From positions 38,254,001 through 38,318,000 of the forward strand of contig OZ004608.1 in assembly GCA_963924565.1 (NCBI GenBank): a stretch of DNA of 64,000 nt. The letters are read 5' to 3'. The translations under genes were made by a program, and so were the position numbers. The notes beneath the pieces were generated by a model that did not search any database, was not told where the DNA came from, and worked only from the letters and a program-made list of their open reading frames with translations. The stretch comes from Ascidiella aspersa. Lineage: Eukaryota. The number at the start of each line of letters is the position of its first letter. The first letter of the stretch is position 1. This document shows, piece after piece, positions 24,336 through 38,751 of the stretch.

Positions 24336-25716
24336 AACTTCTGTATGTTCTCTGTATGCTACCTAACTTCTACATGAGCTTTATTTTCACTTTGTCTTAC
24401 TACAAACTCAAGCCATTATCTTAAGAGTTAAGTAAAACGTTCAAAATGCTACCTACTTATATGGGCTTTGATATTCTCACTATGTCTTAGTAAAACCACC
24501 AACCATTATGCTCCACTGTGTTAGTTTCCTTAAAGGACTTTTGAGAAAATAAATGTGACAATACTTGCTTGTTTACCCTAATAAGACCACGTTTACATGT
24601 GTGGCAGTTTGGTCTTCTCTTAGAAGTTGCCATGTTTGTTGCGGTAGGCGCTTTCTTTATAAAGAAAAATGATGGGCTTTCCGGGAAAAAGCAAAGAAGA
24701 GGTTTTCAACTTTTGTCAAGGACCTATTTTAAAATTTATCAAGCGTACAGGCCCATCTTTTTTAAAATTGTTTCCGACCAATTTGTTTGCTACACCACGC
24801 CCACATATTTGTAAATATACTAGCGTGTACTGTATATTGTAGTCGAATTGGAACAAAACATAATCGAACAGACTTCGAAGATCTGTTGTCTTACATTAAA
24901 CCAAACGGAAATAATTAAAGTTAAATCTGCAATAAAAGTAAACCTATGCCAAAATAAATTTTCGCCTCATTGGCGCGAATAGAACTTTCCTAATGAACCC
25001 TGGCTAACATGATCTAGTGCCGTTTATTTGGACGAAACGGACAATAACCTTCTATATCTAATAAATGGTGTCAATACAAAAGGTTGCTTAAGGTGGAAAG
25101 AGTTAATGTATTTGCAACTTATAATAGCATTCAAATAATTGTTGATGCCTAGCAAATAAAGTCATAAATATGCACAGTATGACCAGTGGTCTGGAAGGCC
25201 AAAAAATACCCTTTTAAAACAACTGACGCATACCCGGTAAAGCGGCAGCTGCAGTTGTGGACCGACCTAAAGAAAATAACCTATGGGTTAAGTTTGTCAA
25301 ACTTAGGCTGCAGTTTAAGGCAAATCACAGTGAACTCCAAATAATATAATCACAGCAAAGCAAACCAAAAGCCAAATCAGCAAAGTAAACTAACAATGGG
25401 ATTACTTTGAATAACATCAGTCCTTATTATAAAAACTATAAAATAATTGTTAACTAAATTAAACCCCTTTGGCTAATGTTCATTGGTGGGCTCAGATAAA
25501 TTATTGTCTGTTGCATTGCAATTGGTTACATCATATAAAAAAATACGAAGAAAAGCAAAGAAATTAGTAGCCTAATTCGGAATACCACGCTTCCCTACAT
25601 CAAACCTACTACAAGCATCGCCTTTGTTGGTCGACAGTGACGTAACACACTAGCAACAAGAGCTCTTTGTGGGTTGTTATTTGAAACTTTCGTGGCTTGA
25701 TGGGAATTTAGCAGTC

Positions 25717-25727
25717 GGGAAATCCCC
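25717..25727 (+). promoter_or_regulatory. kB-consensus site GGGAAATCCCC upstream of the BTB-BACK gene
   Basis: Matches GGGRNWYYCC. This is a motif match only. Confidence 0.3.
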
Positions 25728-27996
25728 TGGTGGTAGTGGTGCAAAATCTGTATTTACGCAATCCCCGGTCAACACAAAAAAGTAAAACATGAGTTAGGCT
25801 GTACAGTGCACGCCGTAAATATGAAAATGGCTTAATGTGGTTCAGGGTGGCCACGCCAAGGCCATGCCCCCCCTAAAAAAAATTGCTTACCTGATGTGGG
25901 TCTTTAACCGGATCACTGTTGGGTTTGCGTCCTGCCATTTTTTACTGGGTAACACCGGGTTTTTTTCGGAGGAAGGTAAATACTAAAATTATTACTTACG
26001 ACTGACACTTATGCTTTACCTACAGTCGTACACCATAAACAAATAGGCGAAATTTTTGACCGTCTGCCGAAGCGCAGTTTAACTCTGGCCCTACCTCCAA
26101 GTGGCGGCACCGTCTTCTTATAGGAGAATGGTTGTCCTGAGGACTGGGTCTGAACAATTACTGACGCTTCAGGCATTCCCGACCTAAATTTTAACCAATG
26201 GAAAGAAAACGCCACTACACCTTTACCACTTATGTTATATCTACTTTCTTTTCGTAAGACAAAATAACAACAACCAAAAAAATTGGCTGTTTTGTTGTTA
26301 AACCGTACCGGTAAATTCAAATACATTTCGCGCTCGGCTCGGATAGATAGATAGATTTTTGCCATTCAACGTTTTTTTCTTTTGTGAAAGTTTTGGAAGC
26401 AAAGCAACCTGGTTGTCCAATCTCAACAACGTGTGGAAAGCACTTTTAAAATGGCTTGTCAAGTTTCTTCTTTAGTGGCCAGGCGACTCAGAGGTGGCAA
26501 GCACTTGGTGCAACGCCTGCCCTGCTGGTTGTGCATATAAATGACTTTTTTTTATTAAAAATGGGCTAAAACAAATAAATACATGTGACTAATAACGTAT
26601 GTCGGTTGCATCACAGATAAACAAAACGCTTTCACTCCCCTAAACTCAGTTGGATAGTGGCTTATCAAGTTTCAGGTGTTTTGTTGACGTGTAATGACTG
26701 TAAACCTTTTACAACATTTTTTTATATTGTTGTGAAAACAGTGTGATGCATTGTGTAGTCTGGATTCATCCGATGAATTGACAAAGGGAGAAATCAGGCT
26801 GACTACCCTTTGACGCCGCCTTAGTAACATCCAGCGGTAAATTTTTCTTTGTAAATACAATACCTATAAACATGACACATGATACTCTTTTCTTTACTCT
26901 TTGACAATGTTAGGTTTGGCGAAAGCTATCGTTTCTATTTTGTAGCTCGAAGTATACAGCCGGGGCTCAATTAAATGCTCTCATACATTTGATTTTCTTT
27001 TAAATTGTTAGGATTATACAGAGCTAAACTAGGTTTGTATAAGGGCTGATGCTAGTCTAGGCTAAGATTGAATCCGACTCCATTTGTTAAGGTTGCATGT
27101 TCCAACAGCTTAGCAACATCAATGTTTTAACGTATCTGAGTTTATTGAAGAACATCAGAACGGCAATGAACTTACAGGAATAGCTTAAAGTCCATGGTAC
27201 AGTACTAACAGTCCAGCTTAATAACTTCTGCCTGTTAAATTATGTTAGTTGGGTGAGTTGAGCAATTTGTCCAGTTCAGTTAAATTACTTTGGCATAGTC
27301 AACCCTTTTGTACACATCGCTTTGCCTTTGAATTATTTAGCAGAGGCGTGTTAACGGGAGGTAAATAACATCTTAAGCTTGTTACTTTTAGGCGGTCAAT
27401 GTTTTATGGTGACGACGAGGACTGCATTGGGTCAGGTCATAGATTTCGTTGAAAAATTTAGCTTCGAATAATAGCAACAAATAATAAAACGTCCAGTACA
27501 TATTCAATACTTTGTTTAAAGTTGCGGTTTGTTCAGCTTAGTGTCAAGTCCCTAGACAGGTTTGTTTTGGGGGCAAAAAAAACGTAATAAAACACAGTTC
27601 GAAATAATACCAAAAGGAGACCAATACCTAATATAAAACCGCCATAATAAGACATAGCAAGAATAAAATCTAAACAAGATTTTACCTAATCCCAAACCCC
27701 ATCTGATATTATTTCGTAAATAGTGCTAAACTATAACATATTATTTCTACGCTATTATGAGCATCTTAATTAAGGTACCCATCTCTTTAACTTTTACTTG
27801 GCGAGGCTTATGTTGATTAAAAATTACAATTAATACAGCAATAGTTTGCCTGGTTAAAGCTATTACTTACTTTCAGTTACTAGGTTATTTCTAAAACTTT
27901 CTGAACATTTTGCGGAATTTAAAACAGTTCCATTGCTTCTTTCTATTGCTTTGTGTCATAAAGCCCAACAAAAAGATACGTCACTAGTATGGTAGC

Positions 27997-30900
27997 ATGC
28001 AACGTTTAACAAACTTTTTAAACGAGTAAGTTGCTTATAATAGCCCACGCTATTGTTTTGGTGAGTGCTAGTTAGAGCAGTGGTTCTCAACCGCCGGTCC
28101 GCGTCCACTTTCCTGCCGGTCCGCCAAATATATTACAATTTTTTATCTCAATTGCAAAATTTAAGATTTTGAAGGCTTATCTATCAAATTTAGAACTTTG
28201 ACATCTCCGCAATTTGCAGCATTGTCACGTAACATAGAGTTAATGGTTTACTTTGAGCTTCATTGTACGTCACAATGCTGCAATTGTTTTGGCCAACTAT
28301 TTAAAACTAGGCAGCAATTCGTTTAAATCTTAAACTTTAAGACCAGCTGTATGTGAAAGCTAAGAAGTGTTTTAGTTGCATACTGTTGCGTTATTAAATT
28401 TTGGGTTTATTTTGATTATTGAAGGTCCACCGGTCCGCAAAACTTGTTTTGAAATTTTACCGGTCCGTGTGCTGAAAAGGTTGAGAACCACTGAGTTAGA
28501 GCATAGTGTTGCATTACTACAACCACAAACAATTTATTTAGCTAATTATCCGATGTACGTATTTAGGGTTGTCTGATAGTATTACATTTCGATACTATTT
28601 TCGATACCCGACATTTTTTGCAACTTGTATCGCGGTTTGATCCAATACTAAATAACGTCATTATTATTTTCCAATAATAAATGTAATTAAACGAGGAGGG
28701 TTACTGGCAATGAATTTTAGGTTTTTGATCAAAAATGTGAAACGATTTATAAAACAAAATTATCTCCGCTTTTAAATGTAACTTTTTTTAATATACTAAC
28801 CTTTTAAAATACACAAAATTGCATTAGATTACACATCATGGATAAAACGCACAAATTAATTTTGCACCGAATGAGCACTTATAGCATCTTAGTATCGGAC
28901 AAGTACCGATAAGCCACTTAACACTCTCCCCCATTTTGTTGATTTTTGTTGACAAAAATTGTCATCTAAGTGTCATACGGCTCGTCGACACCTTCCTAAG
29001 TTTGACTTTTGCCCGCGACGAGTAAAGAGTTAACGATCCCTGTCTCAACAACGTATTACTTAAAGTAAACGAACAAAATTAGTTTTTAAACATATTTCCG
29101 TTGATTTTTTGCACGGATAAAGTTATTCTACTGTTTATATTATACCTGCTTTTGGTAAAATTTCGGTATAACGAGCGCATAGTTTTAAAATCTTTTCTTA
29201 TTGAAACTTATCACCTGTTCTGCATTTCCAGACAACGTAAACATGATCGCCAACGATGTGATGGCTTTATCTCGTGGTCTACATCCATTTTGGATCGGGA
29301 AAACGGTATCTACGTACACAGCAATATAGTTTGCGAGGCTTCTCCAGTTTTAAGAGATAGATTTTATAGATCAGAAAACAGGTCAACGGTACTTTGGAAG
29401 GTAAGACAAAATGGTATAAAAAAAACTTTGTTGTTAGTTAAATTTTGTTCAGCTCGATAGTTCTTGTAAGATTTGATAAAGACGCTAAAGTAAACGGCCT
29501 CCAAACATGGCGTCATAGCTTTTACTTTAAAGCAAGGGCGGGCAATTATTTTTAAATGGGAGTCGCGTAAAAAACAAAATATGTTGTGTCGCGACATAAA
29601 AATTGTAATAAAAGCTGTGATTTCTTTTTCAAAATAAGCTGTAAATAACAAACTGGGTGGAGTACGGAAATTAAGTTGCCTTACAAGTGCAATTTATTCA
29701 AAAATATTTCTAAAATCAAGGAAAAAAACATGAAGGGTTATATTTACTGGAAAAAAGTTTTTTTTTAAATGAGCCACGGGCCGCATTTAACTGTTTGGCG
29801 GGGCATGTCTTGTACATGTCTTTCATGAGTCTAGATATAAAAAGTTTGAATTTACGCCGAAAGTCATCGCATACCAACCAAATCTGTCGATCAATAACGC
29901 AAGGAAGGCATGCTAGATTCTAGCCGCTAGAAAAACAACCAGCTTTTGGTGAGGTTCGAACTGACGACCTCGGTCATACCGGGACCTTCGCTTTACCAAC
30001 TGAGCTACACAGGATCAAGAGGGTTGTCTTATGTTTGATTTTAACATGCCTTTATAAAATCAGGGCTGCGGAGTCGATTAAAAATAACCGAGCCCGACCC
30101 CGATCAAAAGATTTGTGCCGAATCCGAGTCCCGAGTCCGACCACGTTGCTCTGGCTAAAATCTCAAAACATAAAATTGTTTGGGGGTCGATGTAAACACA
30201 AGTTCAACAGTGACAGACTCGATTCTTAGTGGCGCAATGTACGCCAGAAATAACATAAGAAGAAGAATGCCTGCACGCCAAAATATTTGTAGTTGATCCC
30301 GGTCGCATTTTTTCTCACGTCCCTCTTTTTCGTTCTATTTGGTTAAAATTAATCTGCCTTAAACACGGCGCTCTGCAAAAGTGTTCCGTTTTTCGCTAGT
30401 TTTTGCTTGACGGACCAAACAAATGTACGGTCGCTGCAAGGCATTGTATCAATTTTAAAATTGTTCTTTAGGCAAATTTATTTTAAACTTATCGACGTTT
30501 CGATAACCTATGGAGCAATTTTTCACCAGGGCAACAATGTATTGCAACATATATACAGCAGTCAAACAATAAAGACCGTGTTCATTGTGTTATTCTTTAC
30601 TCTTTGGCTGCTTTAACTCTTTAAACAGCGTCAGTTCAATGACGTTAACCGATTAACATGCGCTAAGTTTCTAACCAATATTTAATTTTTACTCAAAATT
30701 ACTTTTTAATCGAAAAAAGCCACAGAACTAACCCAGACAAATGTTACATTATATGTACGTATATAAAAATATAATCAAAATATTCTTTCGAATAGCAAAA
30801 TCTGCCTGAATCCGTATGGTGAAAAACAAACGATTCTGGTTACACATCAATGATAAAGATTAAACTAAGTACAGAACTAAGTGAACCGAAAATCAGTTTG

Positions 30901-33900
30901 TTTGTATGTTATAAAAAGAAAAATATATTTCGCTATAAAGCATCATCAGTATCTAAAAACCTAATACAACATAAGTCAAGAAGTACGCTAATAAAAACCT
31001 AAACCAACTGTTCTACGCAAGTGGTGCGCTACGCAAGCCGCAACTGCTGCAACTAAATGACGATGCAATCAATAAAGTGACGTAAACTGATAAGACAGAT
31101 AAAAGCGCGCCATGAGGTGATAAATAAAAAAGAAAGGGCAAATAGAGAAAACTAAACAAAACAAAGTAAAACCGCAAAATAAAACACTATTTAAAACGAG
31201 GTAAAATCATTTTTTGGATGTTTATGCTAGCATTTATAAGGTTAAGCCATTTGTCCTGGCACAGGTCTAGTTGGTTGACCTCGGGTTGCTCTACAAAAGT
31301 CACTTTAACACAATTACTTAAAGGTGGCTTGGAAGCAAAAATGTGGGCATGATATATAAAAATATTAACGAACTTGTAGGGCACTACAATAGACGTAAGA
31401 GATCTAGGGATTACTGAGGTGCGAGTCGGGGTGATACTGGATTATATCTATGGCGGAAAACATGCAGTAAAGTTTACTGATCAATTTCGAAAAGATGCGG
31501 AAACACTTAAAATTGAATGTAAGTGAAATTATTTAGGTTGGCAACCCATTACAATTGTGTTCAATATATTGGAATATTTTAATATGCAGTGAACTTTGAT
31601 GAAAAAGAAGAAACACTTGAGGATAAAAATAAACATCTGAAGAGCGAAGTCTGCGAATTGAAAACCAGAATTAAAAATCTTGAAAGGGAACTTTACAATA
31701 CCAAACAAAAATGGGTAGAAAAGTTTTTATGATAAATATTTTAGGAATTTTTTACATTTGATAAGAACTAATAATTTTTAATCGATTTTTGCATGTCCTA
31801 ACATTATGGAATTTTTTAAAGATCTCTGCTAATGCCCTGTTAGTTTTGTTTACAAAAACTTATTTAATAAACTGAAAGTAGCCGGTAAAATAAAACAACG
31901 ACTTTAAAATTTGCTTACATTAGTAAAAGTTAACTAACAATTTTAACCATTTTTTCAGACACCATTTACTCAATTACTTCAAAACTTTGTTGAAGGTTTA
32001 ACAAGCGATTCAAGGCCCAACAGCAACTTAATCCAATCTTTAAATAAAATACAACTCTGGGGTATTTCAATAGAGGATCTCAAAAATGCAGCGGAAAAAA
32101 TAGTAAAAATTATGTTAATAGAAAAATTTTAACATAGATAAAGTTTACTAATAATAAAGGAATTATTGTTTGCTATATCTTATTCTTTTCCTGCTTGTTA
32201 GAAAGACTTTTTTTGTCTTCTATAATTTGAACAATATAGTTTGTGGCTGGACAGGCTAATAAGTAGGCTATTCTTGGACGAGATTTGTAGTGATAAAAAT
32301 TTAAAACCTTCATAGTGAAACAGCCATAATTCTTTATCTTGAATTCTGTTATCATAATAATTTCTAAAAAATGCCCTTAATTTTTAGACGCTTGACTTGT
32401 TTTAAAAGTTTTTTCCCAAAAGTTTAACAAAAGGTACCTATTTCTGTATAGGCTTTGATATTCATTTTACGTCTATCTAAAATTCTACAACCTCCAGCCA
32501 TTATCTTAAAGTTTATCGAAACATATCACAAAATGCTTCCTACTTTTGTATTGGAGTTTGATATTTTTTTTCCTCTTACTGAAACCTTTAACCATTATCT
32601 TTATATTTATTTGAAACGTTCACAAATAACTATTCCTGTATGAGCGTCGATATTAATTCTACGTTTAACTAAAACCTACAACCATTATATTAAGACCTCT
32701 AAAGTTTTTAGCTTATTTTTTATGTTTTCTAATACGAAGTCAATGTTGATCACAGTGTATAAATTAATTTTTATTTTAAATCAGAAAAAAAATTGAAGCT
32801 TTAGGTTTCTCACTTTTGCAAGCGACTTCTCCCTTATTATCCGTTAGTATTTTATTCACAGGAAACGGCACACCCTTTGTTAGCAAATATCATAAATGAA
32901 GAAATAAAAAAAAGAATTGTTGTAAAGGAGGCGGACTTTTCAGGGTACTACCTAAAAATTGCTGGTATGCATATAGAAAAATGGTAATATTAAACATACG
33001 ATATGCTGGTTCCATCATATAATAGGCTACATGCAAACAAGCTCTTTGGCTGCATTTTATGTAGTACAAATAAAGTGCGTCGTCTATATAGGTGTTATGT
33101 TAAATAAAGGTTTTTTTTATATTTTCTGTTGTTATAAGAGGTCACACTACTCTGGTTTATTTTCTCAGATAGAACCCTTTATTTCTTCAAATCCCTAAAA
33201 ACTTTAAAATATACTTATGGTATCCCTTTAACAAGATTTTAAAAGTTTGTTTATGAGCTTAAAATATTAAAATAGCAATATATATTTTTGTTATTAAATA
33301 ATAATATCATAGCATGCATCTTTAATTCAACAACTTTATGCTAGGAAATAACGTTCAAAAATCAAAATTAAATAGCTGATAAAACTTTTTTTAGAATTGA
33401 AGCTGCACTGTGCAACATGTTTAGAGAAATACCTAACTGATCAAAATTGCTTGACTTTTCTACGGGAATCGCAACAGTATAATTTTCAAGAAATTGAGAA
33501 ATTAATTAAAATATATATTTTTAAAAACATTGCTTCTGTGCAAAATCAAGCAGACTTTTTACAACTGGGGTATACAGATGTTAAATGTATACTGGAAGAA
33601 AAAAATGTACAAGTAAGATCACATAATTAAAGCAATTAACGGGTACCACATAAAAAGTCATAACTGTATGTTAGAATAGCATTTTTTAATCAATAAAAAA
33701 CAGTTGAAAAATGGTTTACTGCTGGACCCACAGGAAAATACTGAAGAGACGGACCAAAACTTATTTGAGGCCTTACACAAGTGGTGGGAACAAAATGCAG
33801 CAAGACTTTACAACGAAAATTTTTTATTTTTCTTCTCAAAAATTAACCTTGAGCTGTTTTCCACAGTTTACTTGAAGAAGATTAAAGAACGAATTCTACA

Positions 33901-36900
33901 AGCAAAGGTTTGGCCAACAATTAAAATATATTTACACTTACTGGTGTTGTTATAACAATTCTGCCAAAACGTTTAACTAGTTGTGCAATATATTTTTTTA
34001 TAAAAAAAATAACTTTCATTATAAAATCTTTGGAGCATAATGGTTGGAGGTTGTAGTAAGACGTAATAAGAATATCAAAGCCCATACAGAAGTAGGTTGC
34101 AGTTTGGACTTTTTAATTAATGTTAATAAAGAATAAAGAGTTATTCGAAACGTCCAAAATGATACCTACTTCTGTATGGGCTTTGATAGTCTTATTATAA
34201 AATCACATCGCAAAATGAAAGTAAATTGATTGATCGCAAAACAAATTAACAAAATGTTAAAAAAAGAAAAGCTGTTTTAAAAAAATTGCATAACAAAATA
34301 TATTAGGTTCTAAAAAGTTCTTATTTTAAATTTCAATGTGAAATTAGGTAAACCCGCATTAAAAGGGAAATTGAAATTTAAGTTCAAGTTATTTAACATT
34401 TTTTTATAAAATATTTTTTTATAGTTTTAATGATTTATTCCTGAATGTAAAAATAACTCTTTGATTTTACGACAATAAATTAGATTACTTTAGATGTTAA
34501 AAATGAATAACGAGTTATTCGAAACGTTCAAAATGATATCTACTTCTGTATAGGCTTTAATATTCTTATTACGTCTATTTACAACCTCCAACCATTATGC
34601 TCCATAGATTACATTAGTTTTTTTATATCTTATATTTAGAGCTTTCTATTTAATACTGTTTGTTTTTTAGTACAAAGATAAACTGGAATGTTTGGCCCTT
34701 GTGGTTGACGAATTGTTGAAGAAACATATCCCAGACAAACAGACTTCTTCACCAAAATTGAATCCAGAAAGGCCATCAGCAAGTATTTCCTTAAATATGC
34801 TTTACATTTATCCAAAAATGAACTTTAGCGTTTAAAATTGCTTTGTTTGATTAATTAATTATGTTTTCCACTTACAGATACGCCAGGTACATTTAAAATG
34901 GAAGGCTCTGGAAGCTATTTCAACCAACAAACTACAACTGTGTCAAACAACAGTGACTTTACACTTAAAGATGCAAATGTGGGAGTTCAACATGCTGGTA
35001 GATTAATATTTTGTTGTTCTGTTAATGTGATCTGTTGTGGCTGTGTTCACTATTAAACAAAATGAAAATCATTTTGTCAATTCCCCTTATTGTAGTACCG
35101 TCCATACGGCAGTTGTTTCACACGTTTGGCACTGGAATAGAAAATGTTTCCGTTTTCATTGCATTGCTTTATTTTACTCTAGTTTCAATTTGATGTTTTA
35201 CTTCTACACAATAATTCAGTGATTATTAGTGGCAATAATTACAGAATCTAATACCTATGTGTGGAAAAATAGATTAGTGTTTATTAAGTTTTAACAGTGC
35301 AACAGATATTCCTTGAATCCATAAGTTACCGAAACTGTCATTAAATTCTATTAATTTGAAATGTTACAAATCTTCCTTAATTAACTAGGTTTAACGGAAT
35401 GTGGTTTAATGTTTTGTCCTTTATTTGTGTTATTGTAGCCTATTTACAAACCAAAACAAACTTTCCTAAATATGTGTACTGTAGGTACATCACAACCAGG
35501 AGATTTAGGTGGCAATAGTTCCACAAACCAGAAAGAAAATGATGCTGAAGATCCCAATAATGAAGTGCAAAATACTGGTAATACAAAATTTATGTTATTA
35601 TCTATTCCTAGCCAATCTCAGTATGTGTATTCAAAGGCCAGACTTGTTCTATTACTGTTGAAAATAAATAAAGAGTTATTCTAAACGTTCAAAATGATAT
35701 CTACTTCTGTATGGGCTTTGATATTCTTACTACGTCTTACTACAACCTCCAACCATTATGCTCCAATGTTCTATTACTATTAATTTACACATTTGAGAGC
35801 ATATTTTTTTCATCCTAAACCAAAGTGCGTTGCAATATTTAATTCCAAACCATTAACACTTCATTTTTTTAGAGGACATCATAGTACACCAAAAATTTTC
35901 TCTTTTGGAGATATTTGGAAATGAAGGTACTATACCTAAAAATGATGTATTAAAAGTAAACTTAAAAACTAAACTTAAAAAAAATGAAATGAAATTAAAA
36001 GCTTGATATTGCTAAAAACTAAATGTGTTCCGTTAAAATGATAATACACACTTGCGTTGGCAGAGTTCAATCGTCAGGCTGAGGGCAAAGAAGGGACTCA
36101 GCTTAGTGATGAAGAACTTGCTTGTAAGCTGCTTTTTGCTTTTATTTAGGCGTAAGTAGATAGTGCTCAGTTGACCCTATAAATTTCTGTATCGTCTTTC
36201 GAAACAAAGTTTAAACAGCTTTCGTTTTGCCAGTTTTCAGTTCAACATTTACCAGTGTATATATTTGTTTGTTTTTTTGATATATACACCTATATATTTA
36301 AATGTGCCAGCATTGCAATGACTATACTAGGGGTCATCAAACTGCGTTGCGCTTTCCGTAATAATTTGAATAAAATACCAATAGAACAAAATAACTAGTT
36401 CAACCATTTTCAGCAATCCACTCATAGGAATCTCATATAACACATCCATCCACAATACATGGTTGGAATTATTTCACCATATACTATTCACCTTTATATT
36501 TTACCAGTGGTGAAGTTTGGCGCATGCCGGACTCAGGTCTTGGGTAGATTTATTGGAGACCCGAATCCGTCTTCGCAGCCCTGGAATTAACTACAATTAT
36601 CTTTAAAATTTCATAAACTTTACTTAACTGAACACACATTTTAGAGTGGTTCTTTAGTACAATGACGTTTCCGCACCTGAAACCAAAATCTAAAAGTTAC
36701 TGCTAACATTTTTGGATGTAGTTTAGTTGTGTGGAGATATGGTTTAGTTGTGCGTACCCTATTAAAAATGCCTACTGAAATGCTTTATCCATTAGTTTAA
36801 CATATTTAATTGCAATCGTGTAGATTATGAAAAAATAAGAGATGGAGCGAGACAACTGTTAATTGATTATGAACAGCACTTGGTTGATGAAGAGTTTACC

Positions 36901-37578
36901 AGCGCTTTTCATAAAGAAGCCCTCCTAAGAAAACATATTGAAGATAGAATTACAACAACAGCGGAGGAATTGGAAAACTTTGCGGCTCAGTGTTGCAGTG
37001 AAGACCTACCTCTCCAGGGGATTTTGTTTTATCAATTTGCCGGGAGGTATTATGCTAACGAAAACCAACAGTTTAGCTTTGCTGCAGGGTGCGTTTATAA
37101 AATAAAAGAAATCTGTTTAAAGCAAGTAGTGTCCAGTAATAGATGGGGCCGAACTAGGTTTTTTAAGGAACACGTTATTTTGGTGATGGACGATTTGCGA
37201 AAACTAATCAAGTTAAGCACTTTAAGTGATGTGTCGTCTCGTGTTTGTTATGAGGCGTGGTGTTACTATCATTCTGCACACTGCTTGTGTGAGGTTAAAG
37301 AATGGTCTTTAGCCAGGACCCGGTTAGAAAACGCAATAATGGCAATGGAAAAAGCGCCTGATGTTTGTCAGTATAAAGTGTATGCTTATTTGCACGATTT
37401 ACTCAGTCAGTGTTTTGTCAAATTACAAAATCTTCGAAAAGCCTGCACGCTTTCAAGAATCGCCGCAGAATCATTGCAAAATGCTATCGATTTTGAAGAT
37501 GAACATCAGAAACAAAAAACGGTTCAGAACTTTTACCATCGATTTCATAAACTAAACCAAAAAGTTGCAGGCTTATAA
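27997..37578 (+). CDS. BTB/POZ-BACK protein with coiled-coil/helical insert and C-terminal TPR-like helical domain (14 exons, ~764 aa)
   Basis: Exons 27997-28025, 29232-29400, 31380-31518, 31590-31714, 31959-32102, 32862-32964, 33395-33612, 33734-33907, 34671-34782, 34878-34997, 35485-35577, 35873-35926, 36064-36123, 36824-37578. All are in phase (2295 nt). BTB: LTNFLNEQRK..RCD..VHSNIVCEASPVL..ILDYIYGG. BACK: LKLHCATCLEKYLTDQNC..DFLQL..LFEALHKWW. The last exon has a TPR-like pattern (AWCYYHSAHC..A..LENAI). The start codon and the small exons are less certain. Confidence 0.75.
28078..28493. mobile_element. hAT/Charlie-type MITE
   Basis: Perfect TIRs cagtggttctcaacc / ggttgagaaccactg, with perfect TSD agttagag. 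Confidence 0.92.
29857..30023 (-). mobile_element. tRNA-derived SINE fragment
   Basis: ggtgaggttcgaactgacgacctcggtcataccgggacc..ccaactgagctacacagg matches the family. Confidence 0.72.
34033..34197. repeat. Dispersed ~100-bp repeat family (core aaagcccatacagaagtaggt), here as an inverted pair
   Basis: Other copies lie at ~2887-3050, 5945-6185, 23925-23972, 24340-24512, 32430-32700, 34500-34605, 35665-35765 and 56215-56300. Confidence 0.8.
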
Positions 37579-38751
37579 AATCGAATTGTAAATTTCTTTA
37601 CACGTTCATTAGCCTTGTACCTAAGAAACGTTTTGTGGGTTATGAATCGTTAACATTAAGAAATTAAAACGGAATTATAACAGTATCTTGACTTGTTAAG
37701 TAAAGATTTTTTATAAGAAATACGCAATTTGAATAAAAATAAAATTTTGTTTACCTTTTAAAACCTAATTAACTAAATTTATTTTGGTCTTTGTAAAATG
37801 TCACAATATTTCACGCTGTATACTTCATTTTATTAAATTTGGTTTTATATCACTGTTTTAAAACCTAATTGATTATTACAGATTAGAAAAAGCGTTATGA
37901 ATATGTAAAACGTAAGTGTTGTATTTTAAGTGGCGTTGCAATAATTAATTGTAACCTTTACTCTTGGTTCTCGTCATTTGAAAGAGTTTCACAACACTAA
38001 ACAAACCAAATGTGTTCGTTGTAGAATGGTTAAGAAACAAAAAATGATATACTACCACTTTACATCGGGCATCGGCTCTTATTAAATATTATCAAACATA
38101 CCTAGCCACAAGCGTATATTATTACAATTATTTATTCAAACACAAATTTGTGATTTTCTTCATGACTTCAAAGATCTACCTTGTAACGTTCCGTAATTTA
38201 TTTTCCTAAAGTGGTAACAACAAATTGTAGAGAGCCACGACCTGTTTACGAAGCAAACCATTGTAAATTATAATGCATATGTTTAAATTGTGAGTCCAAC
38301 CAAGAGTACTTACTAAAGACACCGGGGATATCTAGTTAGTAATGTCTGCTTGTAAGTCGAGAGATATCTGATACAAAATGGCGTCATTGCTAAAATAAAT
38401 TGAAAATTTCAAAGGTATATTTTAGGTTATTTGGGGCCAAATTTGATTTTGCTTTAAAGAAACTTAGATAACTTTTGGTGTTAACTTTTAGTTTTTGATA
38501 AAGTCCCCTTACGTTAAAAACTGCTGCGTTGGAAATTAGGGCTAAAAATTCACACATTAATCGGCACCGAAACCACCTTAGTATCGGACAAGTACAGATA
38601 CCACCATTTGGTATCGGCTTTAATCCAATATTATCACGCATCCCTATCTGCAACATAGGTCAGTACGACCTTAGAACACAAATATGCGTGTGTGCCACTA
38701 AGTAGGGTGTCCAAATTTAAAGACGAAAAAATGATACATATTTTGAACTTG

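Noticed and set aside
26009-26365. 118-aa minus-strand ORF
   Set aside because: No recognisable motifs or splice structure; likely promoter or repeat DNA.
34878-34997. RHIM or amyloid-like motif in the BTB protein linker (NQQTTTVSNNSDFTLKDANVGVQHAG)
   Set aside because: It lacks the (I/V)Q(I/L/V)G core; the resemblance is compositional only.
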